Assembly: GCA_041736255.1 (NCBI GenBank)
Contig: JBGSTZ010000048.1
Location: forward strand, 1-24,000
DNA from: Burkholderiaceae bacterium
Lineage (GTDB): Bacteria; Pseudomonadota; Gammaproteobacteria; Burkholderiales; Burkholderiaceae_D
Direction of reading: 5' to 3'
Length of the DNA stretch: 24,000 nucleotides
Position 1 is the stretch's first letter; each line of letters opens with the position of its first letter. This document shows, one piece after another, positions 15,454-24,000 of this stretch. The translations under genes and the position numbers were made by a program. The notes under the pieces were generated by a model. The model worked only from the letters and a program-made list of their open reading frames with translations. It was not told the DNA's origin and made no database searches.

Positions 15454-16236
15454 TTAAAGAAGCCAGGCTGGCGTGCGTTTTTCGAGGAAAGCCCCGATGC
15501 CATCCTTTGCTTCATCCGTTGCCCGCTGTCGGGCAATGCGCTGGGCCGTTTCTTCACTGACCACATCGCCGAGTGGCCGGCCGTTGACCGCAGCGATCAA
15601 ATCCTTTGCCGCTTTCTGGGCTTGTGGCGCCCCCGCAATCAGCGCCTCGACCAGCGCTGCAACACCGGCGTCCAGTCCATCGACTGTTGCGACTTCGTTG
15701 ACCAGGCCGATTGCCAGTGCCCGCTCGGCAGAAATCCGCTCTGCGCTCTGAAAGTAACGCAGCGCGTGACGCGGCCCGATAGCGCGCAAAACATACGGGC
15801 TGATCACCGCAGGAATAATTCCGAACTTCACCTCGGACGTGGCAAACACCGCATCGGCAGACGCGACTGCCATATCGCAAGCAGCCGCCAAGCCAGTACC
15901 CCCACCCAACGCTGCACCCTGTATCCGGGCGATGGTCGGCTTTGACATACCCGACAGCGTGCGCAACATCCGGGCAAAGCGGCGGGCATCCTCAAGATTT
16001 TCCACTTGGCCACAGTCAGATGCCCGCTGCATCCAGCTCAGGTCGGCCCCGGCCGAAAAATGGCGGCCCCGGCCGGCCAGCACCACCACGCGCACCGCGT
16101 GGTCGGCATCGAGCACGGTGCAGGCATCGCCCAGATCGGCTATCAGTTGTTCGTTGAAAGCATTGAATACTTCCGGGCGATTCATCCAGATCGTGGCAAC
16201 CTGGCCACACCGTTCTATTTCGAGAGTTTCATACAT
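15454..16236 (-). CDS. crotonase-family enoyl-CoA hydratase (PaaF-like, or an oxepin-CoA hydrolase partner of PaaN)
   Basis: 260 aa with crotonase-fold motifs (RPEVFNAFN, FSAGADL, GAALGGGTGLAAACD). It lies inside the paa operon. The exact step cannot be assigned from sequence alone. Confidence 0.88.
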   Translation of the reverse strand: MYETLEIERCGQVATIWMNRPEVFNAFNEQLIADLGDACTVLDADHAVRVVVLAGRGRHFSAGADLSWMQRASDCGQVENLEDARRFARMLRTLSGMSKPTIARIQGAALGGGTGLAAACDMAVASADAVFATSEVKFGIIPAVISPYVLRAIGPRHALRYFQSAERISAERALAIGLVNEVATVDGLDAGVAALVEALIAGAPQAQKAAKDLIAAVNGRPLGDVVSEETAQRIARQRATDEAKDGIGAFLEKRTPAWLL

Positions 16237-16391
16237 GCTGGTCAGCTCCGGCTTTTAAGTCGTGAATCGATACTGGCCGAACGATGTGGATCGGATCGAC
16301 ATTTCCATAGATTTTGGCGCATGCAATGTGTGACATCTTTAACTTCTCCTGACATGACCGCCCGAAAGCGGCCATGGATTCAGTCTCTGCG

Positions 16392-17537
16392 TTATTGAGC
16401 AATCGTCCATTCGCCATTCTTGACTTCAAGCATGCGGAATGCGGAAAGATCGAGACCCATATGGTCGGTAGCCGACATATTTACGCTACCACCAGTTCCT
16501 ACATATCCCTTGCTCGCTTCGATCGCATCGCGCACTTTGGCCTTGTCGGTACTGCCGGCACGCTTGATGGCGTCGACCGCAATCATCAGGCCGTCATAGG
16601 CATGGCCGCCAAAGGCAGATACATCCTGCTGGTAGCGATCCTTGTAAGCCTTGGCGTAGGCCATCACAACCGGCTTCTGCGGATCGCCGGCCGCCAGCTT
16701 GTCGGCCACCAACAAGGCCGCAGCAGGCAGACGAACGCCTTCAGCGGCGGAACCGGCGAGCTTGATGAACTCTTCGGAGGCGACGCCGTGGGCATGGTAT
16801 AGCGGCAGGGTGATACCCAGTTGTTTGTAGTTTTTAGTGGCAATAGCCGGACCCTGTCCCAGACCGAAGACAAACACCGCCTGTACACCGGGTGCGTTCT
16901 TGATCTTGGTTAGCTGCGGACTCATGTCGGTATCCTTGGGGCCGTAAGTTTCATTGGCTACTAGTGTGATGCCATACTTGGCAGCGACGCCCTCAGTTTC
17001 GTTCTTGCCTGACTGTCCGAAACCACTGGTTTCAGAGAACAGAGCGACTTTGCTGATGCCGCGTTTCTTCATGTCTTCGAACACTTTTTCCGCCGCCATA
17101 CGGTCGGTATGTGGCGTCTTGAATACCCATTTTTTGACCGGATCGATGATCACTACAGCGCCGGCCAGAGAGATGAAAGGAATATTGGCTTTTTCTGCTA
17201 GCGGCACCATCGACATGGTGGCGCCGGTGGTGGTGCCGCCGACCAGGATGTCAACCTTGTCGTTGTCGATCAAACGTTTGGCAAAGCTATTGGCCTTGCC
17301 AGCGTTGCTTCCGTCATCGTAATGAAACAATTCCAATTGACGACCGAGCACGCCCCCTTTTTTATTCAGCTCCTCGACATACAACTGTAAAGTTTTTAAT
17401 TCCGGGTCACCCAGGAAAGCGGCTGGACCGGTAACCGACAGCACCGACCCGATCTTAATCGGCTCAGCAGCAAAAGCACCGAATGCACCTAGTGTAAGAA
17501 CGGCACCAGCAACCAGTTTTTTCATCGTGAATTTCAT
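16392..17537 (-). CDS. LivK-type periplasmic substrate-binding protein (HAAT family), probably for an aromatic acid
   Basis: 381 aa with a signal peptide (MKFTMKKLVAGAVLTLGAFGAFAAEP), then a type I periplasmic binding fold sequence (IKIGSVLSVTGPAAFLG...). GGAGA lies upstream of the ATG. It is embedded between paaJ and the crotonase gene. Confidence 0.9.
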   Translation of the reverse strand: MKFTMKKLVAGAVLTLGAFGAFAAEPIKIGSVLSVTGPAAFLGDPELKTLQLYVEELNKKGGVLGRQLELFHYDDGSNAGKANSFAKRLIDNDKVDILVGGTTTGATMSMVPLAEKANIPFISLAGAVVIIDPVKKWVFKTPHTDRMAAEKVFEDMKKRGISKVALFSETSGFGQSGKNETEGVAAKYGITLVANETYGPKDTDMSPQLTKIKNAPGVQAVFVFGLGQGPAIATKNYKQLGITLPLYHAHGVASEEFIKLAGSAAEGVRLPAAALLVADKLAAGDPQKPVVMAYAKAYKDRYQQDVSAFGGHAYDGLMIAVDAIKRAGSTDKAKVRDAIEASKGYVGTGGSVNMSATDHMGLDLSAFRMLEVKNGEWTIAQ

Positions 17538-17583
17538 GGGTTTGTCTCCTCTGTGGTAAATTTTAGATACGCTTAAATACTAT

Positions 17584-18789
17584 TTAAATACGTTCAATAA
17601 TCAGGGCAATGCCCTGTCCAACACCAATACACATAGTGCAAAGCGCGTAACGGCCGCCACGGCGGGCGAGTTCATAACTGGCAGTCGTGACCAAACGGGC
17701 GCCGCTCATGCCGAGCGGGTGACCCATGGCAATGGCCCCGCCATTCGGATTAACGCGATCTTCATCGTCAGCTAGGTCCAGGCTACGCAGAACAGCCAGA
17801 CTCTGGGCAGCGAAAGCTTCATTGAGCTCAATGACATCCATCTGATCCAGCGTTAGACCGGCCTTGGCCAGCACCTTGCGTACCGCTGGGGATGGGCCAA
17901 ATCCCATAATGCGTGGCGGCACCCCAGCGGTGGCCATGGCGACGACGCGAGCACGCGGCGTCAATCCATGCTGGTGGGCAGCGGCTTCGGAGGCGATCAA
18001 CACTGCGCAGGCGCCGTCATTGACGCCGGATGCATTGCCGGCCGTGACGGACAATTCTGGTCCGTTCACGCCTTTCAGCTTGGCCAGCATTTCCAGCGTT
18101 GTTTCCGGACGCGGATGCTCGTCGGTATCGACGACGACCGGGTCGCCCTTCTTTTTCGGTATCAGCACTGGCACGATTTCATCGGCAAAGCGGCCGGCGG
18201 CATGGGCGGCAGCCCAGCGCTGTTGCGAGCGCAGCGCGAAAGCATCCTGATCGGCGCGTGAAATTTCGAACTCTTGCGCCACGTTATCCGCCGTTTGCGG
18301 CATCGTATGCGTTTCGTAGAGCTTCTGCATTAGTGGATTGGGGAAACGCCAGCCGATGGTCGTGTCGAAAATGGCGGCGCTGCGCGAGTAGGCGGACTCT
18401 GCCTTGCCCATCACGAAAGGGGCGCGCGACATGCTTTCGACGCCGCCAGCGATCATCAAATCGGTGTCGCCAGATTTGATCGAACGGGCAGCCAAGCCGA
18501 TCGCATCCATTGCCGATCCGCACAGGCGATTGATCGTAGTACCCGGCACTTCGACCGGCAAACCGGCTAGCAGGCCGCACATGCGGGCGACGTTACGATT
18601 GTCTTCGCCGGCCTGATTGGCGCAGCCGTAAATGATGTCATCCACTGCCGTCCAGTCGACCTGCGGATTGCGCTCCATTAACGCCTTGAGCGGAATCGCC
18701 CCGAGATCGTCGGCGCGTACGCTGGCCAAAGCGCCACCGTAACGGCCGATGGGAGTGCGAATCGCGTCGCAAATAAAAGCTTCAGTCAT
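17584..18789 (-). CDS. paaJ: 3-oxoadipyl-CoA / 3-oxo-5,6-dehydrosuberyl-CoA thiolase
   Basis: 401-aa thiolase with the active-site Cys context (INRLCGSAMDA), the C-terminal NPNGGAIAMGHPLGMSG motif and CIGVGQG. Confidence 0.92.
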   Translation of the reverse strand: MTEAFICDAIRTPIGRYGGALASVRADDLGAIPLKALMERNPQVDWTAVDDIIYGCANQAGEDNRNVARMCGLLAGLPVEVPGTTINRLCGSAMDAIGLAARSIKSGDTDLMIAGGVESMSRAPFVMGKAESAYSRSAAIFDTTIGWRFPNPLMQKLYETHTMPQTADNVAQEFEISRADQDAFALRSQQRWAAAHAAGRFADEIVPVLIPKKKGDPVVVDTDEHPRPETTLEMLAKLKGVNGPELSVTAGNASGVNDGACAVLIASEAAAHQHGLTPRARVVAMATAGVPPRIMGFGPSPAVRKVLAKAGLTLDQMDVIELNEAFAAQSLAVLRSLDLADDEDRVNPNGGAIAMGHPLGMSGARLVTTASYELARRGGRYALCTMCIGVGQGIALIIERI

Positions 18790-18799
18790 ATCTATTCTC

Positions 18800-20125
18800 T
18801 CAGTCTTGTTTGGGACGTTCGTCGATCACGCGGCGGGCCTTGCCGGTCAGGGTGCGAGGAATCGAGTCGTATGACATCACGGTAACCCGCGTAGAAATGC
18901 CGGCAATGGTCTTGATGTGGTGCTGAATTTCCTTGCTGATAGCCTGGATTTCCAACGGTGACAATTTGCCGGAAAACTCACGCTGCAGTTCGCAACGCAC
19001 TTCGACGTTGTCGAGGTGGCCGTCGCGGGAGAGCAGAATCTGATAGTTGCCGTCCAGGCGATGGTCACGCAGGACCTGCTCTTCAATTACGCTCGGGAAG
19101 ACGTTGACGCCACGCACGATCAGCATATCGTCGGTGCGGCCGGTAATCCGGTCCATGCGCCGGAAGCTGCGCGAGGTCGGTGCCAGCAAACGGGTCAGGT
19201 CGCGCGTGCGGTAGCGGATCACCGGCATGGCTTCCTTCGAGAGCGAGGTGAAAACCAGTTCGCCTTCCTCGCCATCGGCGACCACTTCGCCCGTATCCGG
19301 ATTGATGATTTCAGGATAGAAATGATCTTCCCAAATCACAGGACCATCTTTGGATTCGATGCATTCACAGGCGACGCCCGGCCCCATCACTTCAGTCAAA
19401 CCGTAGATGTCGATGGCGTCGAGGCCCAGCTTGCGCTCGATTTCGGCGCGCATGCCCTGGCCCCACGGCTCGGCACCGAAGATGCCGATTTTCAGGGAAA
19501 TGTCTTCTGGGCTGATGCCCTGGCGCTCGAATTCCTCAGCGATCACCAGAGAGTAGGACGGGGTCACCATGATGATCTCAGGCTGAAAATCCTGGATTAA
19601 TTGCACCTGTTTTTCCGTCTGGCCGCCGGACATCGGCACCACCATGCAGCCGGCGCGCTCGGCACCGTAGTGGGCGCCCATGCCGCCGGTAAACAAGCCG
19701 TAGCCGTAAGCGATGTGGCAGGTGTCGCCGGCGCGGCCGCCGGCTGCGCGGATCGAACGCGCCACCAGATTGGCCCAGGTATCGATATCTTTCAGCGTGT
19801 AACCGACGACGATAGGCTTACCGGTCGTGCCGGACGATGCATGCACGCGTGCCACTTTGTTGCGCGGCACTGCAAACAGGCCGAACGGGTAGTTGTCGCG
19901 CAGGTCGACCTTGGTTGTAAATGGAAACTTGGCAAGGTCAGCCAAGGTTTTCAGGTCGTCCGGATGGACGCCTTTTTCATCGAACGCCTTCTTGTAATGC
20001 GGTACGTTTTCGTAAGCGTGCTTCAGCGTCCACTGCATGCGCTCCAGTTGCAGGGCGGCGATTTCGTCGCGGCTGGCGGTTTCGATGTGCTCGAGGTCTC
20101 CGGGCATCGGCTTTTTGACGGGCAT
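18800..20125 (-). CDS. paaK: phenylacetate-CoA ligase PaaK
   Basis: 441 aa. The PaaK-type N-terminus (ETASRDEIAALQLERMQWTLKHAYENVPHYKKAFDEKGVHP) and AMP-binding motif (SSGTTGKP) are present. GGAGA lies upstream. Confidence 0.95.
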   Translation of the reverse strand: MPVKKPMPGDLEHIETASRDEIAALQLERMQWTLKHAYENVPHYKKAFDEKGVHPDDLKTLADLAKFPFTTKVDLRDNYPFGLFAVPRNKVARVHASSGTTGKPIVVGYTLKDIDTWANLVARSIRAAGGRAGDTCHIAYGYGLFTGGMGAHYGAERAGCMVVPMSGGQTEKQVQLIQDFQPEIIMVTPSYSLVIAEEFERQGISPEDISLKIGIFGAEPWGQGMRAEIERKLGLDAIDIYGLTEVMGPGVACECIESKDGPVIWEDHFYPEIINPDTGEVVADGEEGELVFTSLSKEAMPVIRYRTRDLTRLLAPTSRSFRRMDRITGRTDDMLIVRGVNVFPSVIEEQVLRDHRLDGNYQILLSRDGHLDNVEVRCELQREFSGKLSPLEIQAISKEIQHHIKTIAGISTRVTVMSYDSIPRTLTGKARRVIDERPKQD

Positions 20126-20149
20126 GATTGTCTCCTCTCGGTAGTTTAA

Positions 20150-20605
20150 TTATTGAGTTTGCTGCAAGCCGGCGATCACTTCGCCGCTGATGCGATAGCT
20201 CTTGCCCCGGAACAGGGCAATGGTTTTTCCGCCGTGGATGCGCACGGTGACGTCATACACACCCGTGCGACCGGACAACGACTGCTCGATGGCTTCGGCT
20301 TCCAGAATGTCGCCTTCCTTGGCCGGCGCCAGAAAGTCGATGTGACAGGCAGAGGCCACCGTATTTTGGTTGTAACTGTTGCAGGAATAAGCAAAGGCGG
20401 TATCGGCCAGGCTGAAGATCATGCCGCCGTGGCATATGCTGTGGCCATTGACCATATCCTGGCGCACCGGCATGGCCAGCTTGGCGTAACCTGGCTTTAC
20501 GCTAAGTATGCTGATGCCCAGCGCGTTGGCGGCACGATCGCGCGACCACATGGCCTTCGCCGTCGCTTCAGCCAGGACCAGCGGATCGGTATGTTGTTCA
20601 GTCAT
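20150..20605 (-). CDS. paaI: hydroxyphenylacetyl-CoA thioesterase PaaI (hotdog fold)
   Basis: 151 aa from the ATG at 20605. It is similar to E. coli PaaI (NGHSICHGGMIFSLADTAFAYSCN; TGVYDV...ALFRGKSYRI). The start overlaps the paaH stop by 8 nt. Confidence 0.9.
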   Translation of the reverse strand: MTEQHTDPLVLAEATAKAMWSRDRAANALGISILSVKPGYAKLAMPVRQDMVNGHSICHGGMIFSLADTAFAYSCNSYNQNTVASACHIDFLAPAKEGDILEAEAIEQSLSGRTGVYDVTVRIHGGKTIALFRGKSYRISGEVIAGLQQTQ

Positions 20606-22160
20606 GGATATTCTTTCCGGCAAAAATATTATGTTGGATAAGCGGCGAGACGCGGTAGCGATCTTCACCGTAGGCCTGGCCCAGATTGGCAAGGACCTCG
20701 CCTATTTTTGACAAACCGATCGCGTCGGCCCAGGCGAGTGGCCCGCAGGGATAATTGACGCCCATACGCATCGCGGCATCAGCACCTTTGGCATCGCACA
20801 CACCTTGATTAACGGCATCTGCCGCTTCATTGGCCAGCATGGCAACAGTGCGCATGACGACAAGCCCAGGCACATCGTTAAAGCGGGAAACCGCAATACC
20901 TGCGGCCTGCAGCAAGCCGATGGCCCGCGCCGCGCTGGGTGCGTCGCATTGCGCGGCAACGCTGACGGCCAAACGCGTAGCCTTGCTGTAATCCAGCGCC
21001 AGGTCGATCAACACGGTATTGGCGATGCCGGATTCAGCGGCCCGGCGCGTCGCCGTGCGGCCGTCGGTGACATACACTACTGCGCCACCGGCTTCGGCAA
21101 CACATTCATCTTTTGCTGCATCATCGTTGGCTGCGGAACGGGTGAAGCTGACGTTGTTGGCGCGCAACCGTTCGGCCAGTGCGTTGGCGCCAGCCGATTC
21201 ACCGTAAATAACAATAGCGTCCGGCACCGGCTGCGCAGCCTCGGTGCTCGGCGTTGGGCGTACAGCACCTTCGCGATAATCATAAAATCCGCGACCGGTT
21301 TTTTTACCGAGGAAGCCAGCGTCGACCAGTTCTTGCTGGATCAGTGAAGGCAGAAAACGCTGGTCGTTGAAGAACGCATTCCATACCGAACGGGTCACCG
21401 CAAAATTGACATCATGGCCGATCATGTCCATCAGCTCGAACGGCCCCATGCGGAAGCCGCCGGCCTCGCGGCAGCAGGCGTCGATGGTAGCTGGATCGGC
21501 CCCGCCTTCATTGAGCACGCGCATCGCTTCGGCGTAGTACGGACGCGCGACACGATTGACGATAAAGCCCGGCGTTGATTTGGCATGCACCGGCGTTTTG
21601 CCCCACGAGACTGCGGTGGCGAACAGCGTTTCCGCCACGGCACGGTCGGTGGCCAGACCGGAGACAATTTCCACCAGCGCCATCAAAGGTGCAGGATTGA
21701 AGAAATGCAGCCCGGCCAGACGTTCAGGATGCTTCAGGGCCGCACCAATTGCCGTCACGGAAATCGAGGATGTATTAGTGCCAAAAATGCAGTCGTCGCC
21801 GACCACAGCTTCGAGGTCGCTGTACAGCTTCTGCTTGGCGTCCAGATTTTCGAGAATCGCCTCGATAACCAGGCTGGCGTCGGCCAGGTCGGATAATTCT
21901 TGAACGGCGATAAGCCGCTCACCCGCTGCGGCTGCGGCTGCGGCGGTCATCCTGCCTTTTTCGGCCATTCTCGCGAATTGAGCACGAATATTGGCGACTG
22001 CACGTGCAGCAGCTTCAGGGCGGTTGTCCAGCAATTTCACCGGATGACCGGCTGCGGCTGCAACCTGGGCAATGCCAGCGCCCATGGCACCGGTGCCGAC
22101 CACTGCAACGACTGTGATAACTCCTACTGCTTGCTTTGAAAGAGGCTTACTCATATCCAC
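20598..22160 (-). CDS. paaH: 3-hydroxyadipyl-CoA dehydrogenase PaaH (long form)
   Basis: About 518-520 aa with an NAD-binding fold (VVAVVGTGAMGAGIAQVAA) and the 3-hydroxyacyl-CoA dehydrogenase core (HFFNPAPLM..VE). The start is either the GTG at 22160 or the ATG at 22154. Confidence 0.9.
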   Translation of the reverse strand: MDMSKPLSKQAVGVITVVAVVGTGAMGAGIAQVAAAAGHPVKLLDNRPEAAARAVANIRAQFARMAEKGRMTAAAAAAAGERLIAVQELSDLADASLVIEAILENLDAKQKLYSDLEAVVGDDCIFGTNTSSISVTAIGAALKHPERLAGLHFFNPAPLMALVEIVSGLATDRAVAETLFATAVSWGKTPVHAKSTPGFIVNRVARPYYAEAMRVLNEGGADPATIDACCREAGGFRMGPFELMDMIGHDVNFAVTRSVWNAFFNDQRFLPSLIQQELVDAGFLGKKTGRGFYDYREGAVRPTPSTEAAQPVPDAIVIYGESAGANALAERLRANNVSFTRSAANDDAAKDECVAEAGGAVVYVTDGRTATRRAAESGIANTVLIDLALDYSKATRLAVSVAAQCDAPSAARAIGLLQAAGIAVSRFNDVPGLVVMRTVAMLANEAADAVNQGVCDAKGADAAMRMGVNYPCGPLAWADAIGLSKIGEVLANLGQAYGEDRYRVSPLIQHNIFAGKNIHD

Positions 22161-22958
22161 TCATTCCCCGGTGAAATTCGGCGCGCGCTTGCCGATGAAG
22201 GCAGCAACACCCTCGGCGAAATCGGCACTCCAGCCCAATTCGCGCATAAAACCACCCTCCATCGAAAGCTGCTGCTCCAAGGTGTGACCGGGAGCTGCGT
22301 GCATTGCTTGACGGGTGCGCACTAGGGCTTTGGTGGGAGCAGTGGAAAGTTGCGCAGCCAGGGCGTCAACAGTCGCAACGAACTCCGCATCATCGACGGC
22401 GGCCCAGATCAGGCCCCAATCGGCGGCCTTTTCAGCAGGCAGTTTGTCGGCCAGCAGTGCCAGTCCCATCGCACGCGCCATTCCAACCCGTTGCGGCAAG
22501 AACCAGGTTGCGCCGGTGTCAGGAAGCAATCCGACCTTGGAAAATGCCTGCAAAAATGAAGCGGATTTGCTAGCAATAACCAGATCACATGCCAGCGCCA
22601 GACTGGCCCCGGCTCCGGCCGCCATGCCATTGACGGCAGCGATGGTCGGCACACGCAGGTTTTGCAAACGCAGGATCAGCGGCTTGTAGCTTTTTTCCAC
22701 CAACTCGCCCAAGTCCGGTGCTGCCTCACCCGGCACGATCTGCACTTGCTTGTCGGACAAATCCTGCCCGGCACAGAAACCGCGACCGGCGCCTGTCAGT
22801 ACCAAGACACGGATCGCCTTATCTTCTTGCACCATGTCAAGTGCCTCACGCAACTCGGCATGCATGGCTGCATTGAAGCTATTCATCTTGTCCGGACGAT
22901 TCAGCGTCAGGCGGGCAATATTGCCTTGCACTTCAAAGCGAATGTTTTCAAAAGTCAT
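22161..22958 (-). CDS. paaG: 1,2-epoxyphenylacetyl-CoA isomerase PaaG (crotonase family)
   Basis: 265 aa, closely resembling E. coli PaaG (LTLNRPDKMNSFNAAMHAELREAL...LTGAGRGFCAGQDLSD). Confidence 0.92.
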   Translation of the reverse strand: MTFENIRFEVQGNIARLTLNRPDKMNSFNAAMHAELREALDMVQEDKAIRVLVLTGAGRGFCAGQDLSDKQVQIVPGEAAPDLGELVEKSYKPLILRLQNLRVPTIAAVNGMAAGAGASLALACDLVIASKSASFLQAFSKVGLLPDTGATWFLPQRVGMARAMGLALLADKLPAEKAADWGLIWAAVDDAEFVATVDALAAQLSTAPTKALVRTRQAMHAAPGHTLEQQLSMEGGFMRELGWSADFAEGVAAFIGKRAPNFTGE

Positions 22959-22967
22959 GGCAGGGCC

Positions 22968-24000
22968 TTAAACGTGGTAACGACGCTGGATAACCCGGAA
23001 CCGGTTGGCGACGAAGGCCGAATCGGAGTAGGAGGCGTTGGCCGCCGGATTGCCGCCGGTACCGTGGTAGTCGGAGTAGGCGGAGGATTGATTCACGAAC
23101 ACGCCGCCGGTCAAATTGATCGACAGAGCCACTTTCGAGCGCCAGGTGGCTGCGGTCATCGCGTCGATGACTTCCGGCTTTGTGGAGTAGATGCCTGCGG
23201 TCAAAGCGCCGTGAGTGGCAATAACGCGTTCGGACAGCACAATCGCTGCTGTCGTGTCGGCCACCTTGACGATGAAGCTGATCGGGCCGAAACGCTCTTC
23301 CATGTAGGATTGTTCATCTGCAGCATCGCAAGCCAGCAGGATTGGTGTGCGGACTTCCGCTTGCGGAAATTCAGGATTGTCTAGTTTCTTCGAGGCTAGA
23401 ATTACCCGGCCCAGCGCACCGCTGTCGGCTTCGACAATCCGGTCCAGCGTGCCGGCGGATTGAACCGCACCGAGGACCGCGTGCGCGACTTCCGGCTTGG
23501 ACAAGAAGCTTTCCACGGCACGTGCCAGATCGGCACAGAAATCATCGTAGGATTTGTGACCTTCTTCCGTCTCGATGCCTTCTGCCGGCACGAACAGGGC
23601 TTGCGAAGTAGTGCACATCTGACCGGAGTACAGCGATAGCGTGAACGCCAGATTGCGCAACATTGGCTTGTAGGCATCGGTCGAATCGATGACGATGTTG
23701 TTCACACCTGCTAACTCGGCATACACCTGTGCCTGACGGCAATTATCAATCAGCCACTGACCGAAAAGATTGCCGCCTGTAAAATCGATCGACTTTACAG
23801 CAGGGTTGGTTACCAACTGTTGCGTAGTTTCGCGCTTGGCAGCGACACACAGCGTGACCAGATCGGGGTTAATGCCATTTTCGGCAAGAACGGCACGAAT
23901 AGTGCGCACGGTAATGGCAGCCGGCAAAATCGCGTTGCTATGCGGCTTGATGATGACGGCATTGCCAGTAGCCAATGCGGCAAACAGACCGGGATAGGTA
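22968..24000 (-). CDS. paaN: PaaN-type ring-opening aldehyde dehydrogenase (3' part; the gene continues beyond the right edge)
   Basis: The frame is open to position 24000 (...TYPGLFAALATGNAVIIKPH...). The 'M' at 23975 in the ORF track is an internal TTG. ALDH catalytic motifs are ELAGVN and GQMCTT. The C-terminus ends ...FRVIQRRYHV with no MaoC-type hydratase domain. Confidence 0.9.
   Translation of the reverse strand, partial: TYPGLFAALATGNAVIIKPHSNAILPAAITVRTIRAVLAENGINPDLVTLCVAAKRETTQQLVTNPAVKSIDFTGGNLFGQWLIDNCRQAQVYAELAGVNNIVIDSTDAYKPMLRNLAFTLSLYSGQMCTTSQALFVPAEGIETEEGHKSYDDFCADLARAVESFLSKPEVAHAVLGAVQSAGTLDRIVEADSGALGRVILASKKLDNPEFPQAEVRTPILLACDAADEQSYMEERFGPISFIVKVADTTAAIVLSERVIATHGALTAGIYSTKPEVIDAMTAATWRSKVALSINLTGGVFVNQSSAYSDYHGTGGNPAANASYSDSAFVANRFRVIQRRYHV

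Noticed and set aside
1-24000. A look for CRISPR arrays, tRNA/rRNA genes, IS elements, integrases, toxin-antitoxin or defence-system genes.
   Set aside because: I found no repeat-spacer periodicity, no tRNA-like or rRNA-like segments, and no transposase, integrase or nuclease-like ORFs. Apart from the short candidates noted above, every sizeable ORF is accounted for by the catabolic, transport, regulatory and chemotaxis functions described.

Overview
This looks like betaproteobacterial chromosomal DNA (the Oxalobacteraceae/Burkholderiales assignment is only a guess from composition and protein style). Nearly everything is coded on the minus strand. The right 12.4 kb (11619-24000) is a phenylacetate (paa) catabolic operon: paaN(partial)-paaG-paaH-paaI-paaK-paaJ-[LivK-type binding protein]-[crotonase]-paaABCDE. 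Downstream, between paaE and the rest of the matching ABC importer, sits a 5.1 kb module with its own regulators. It has tandem IclR and LuxR genes on the plus strand, divergent from an operon encoding an MBL-fold protein, a PheA/TfdB-type FAD monooxygenase and a small DUF2783 protein. Next comes a livH-livM-livG-livF-like operon with no binding-protein gene. Its last gene encodes an N-terminal hemerythrin-like (H-HxxxE-H-HxxxE) domain fused to the LivF-type ATPase. After that is a chemoreceptor with no periplasmic domain but a Cache-like module after its cytoplasmic signalling domain, then a decayed 3' remnant of glyoxalase I. I saw no rRNA, tRNA, CRISPR array, transposase or integrase. The most unusual items are the hemerythrin-ATPase fusion, the chemoreceptor with a cytoplasmic Cache-like domain, the uncharacterised MBL/monooxygenase/DUF2783 module with two regulators, and a related 17-bp palindrome at two predicted promoters. 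All family assignments come from motif recognition by eye, with no database search.
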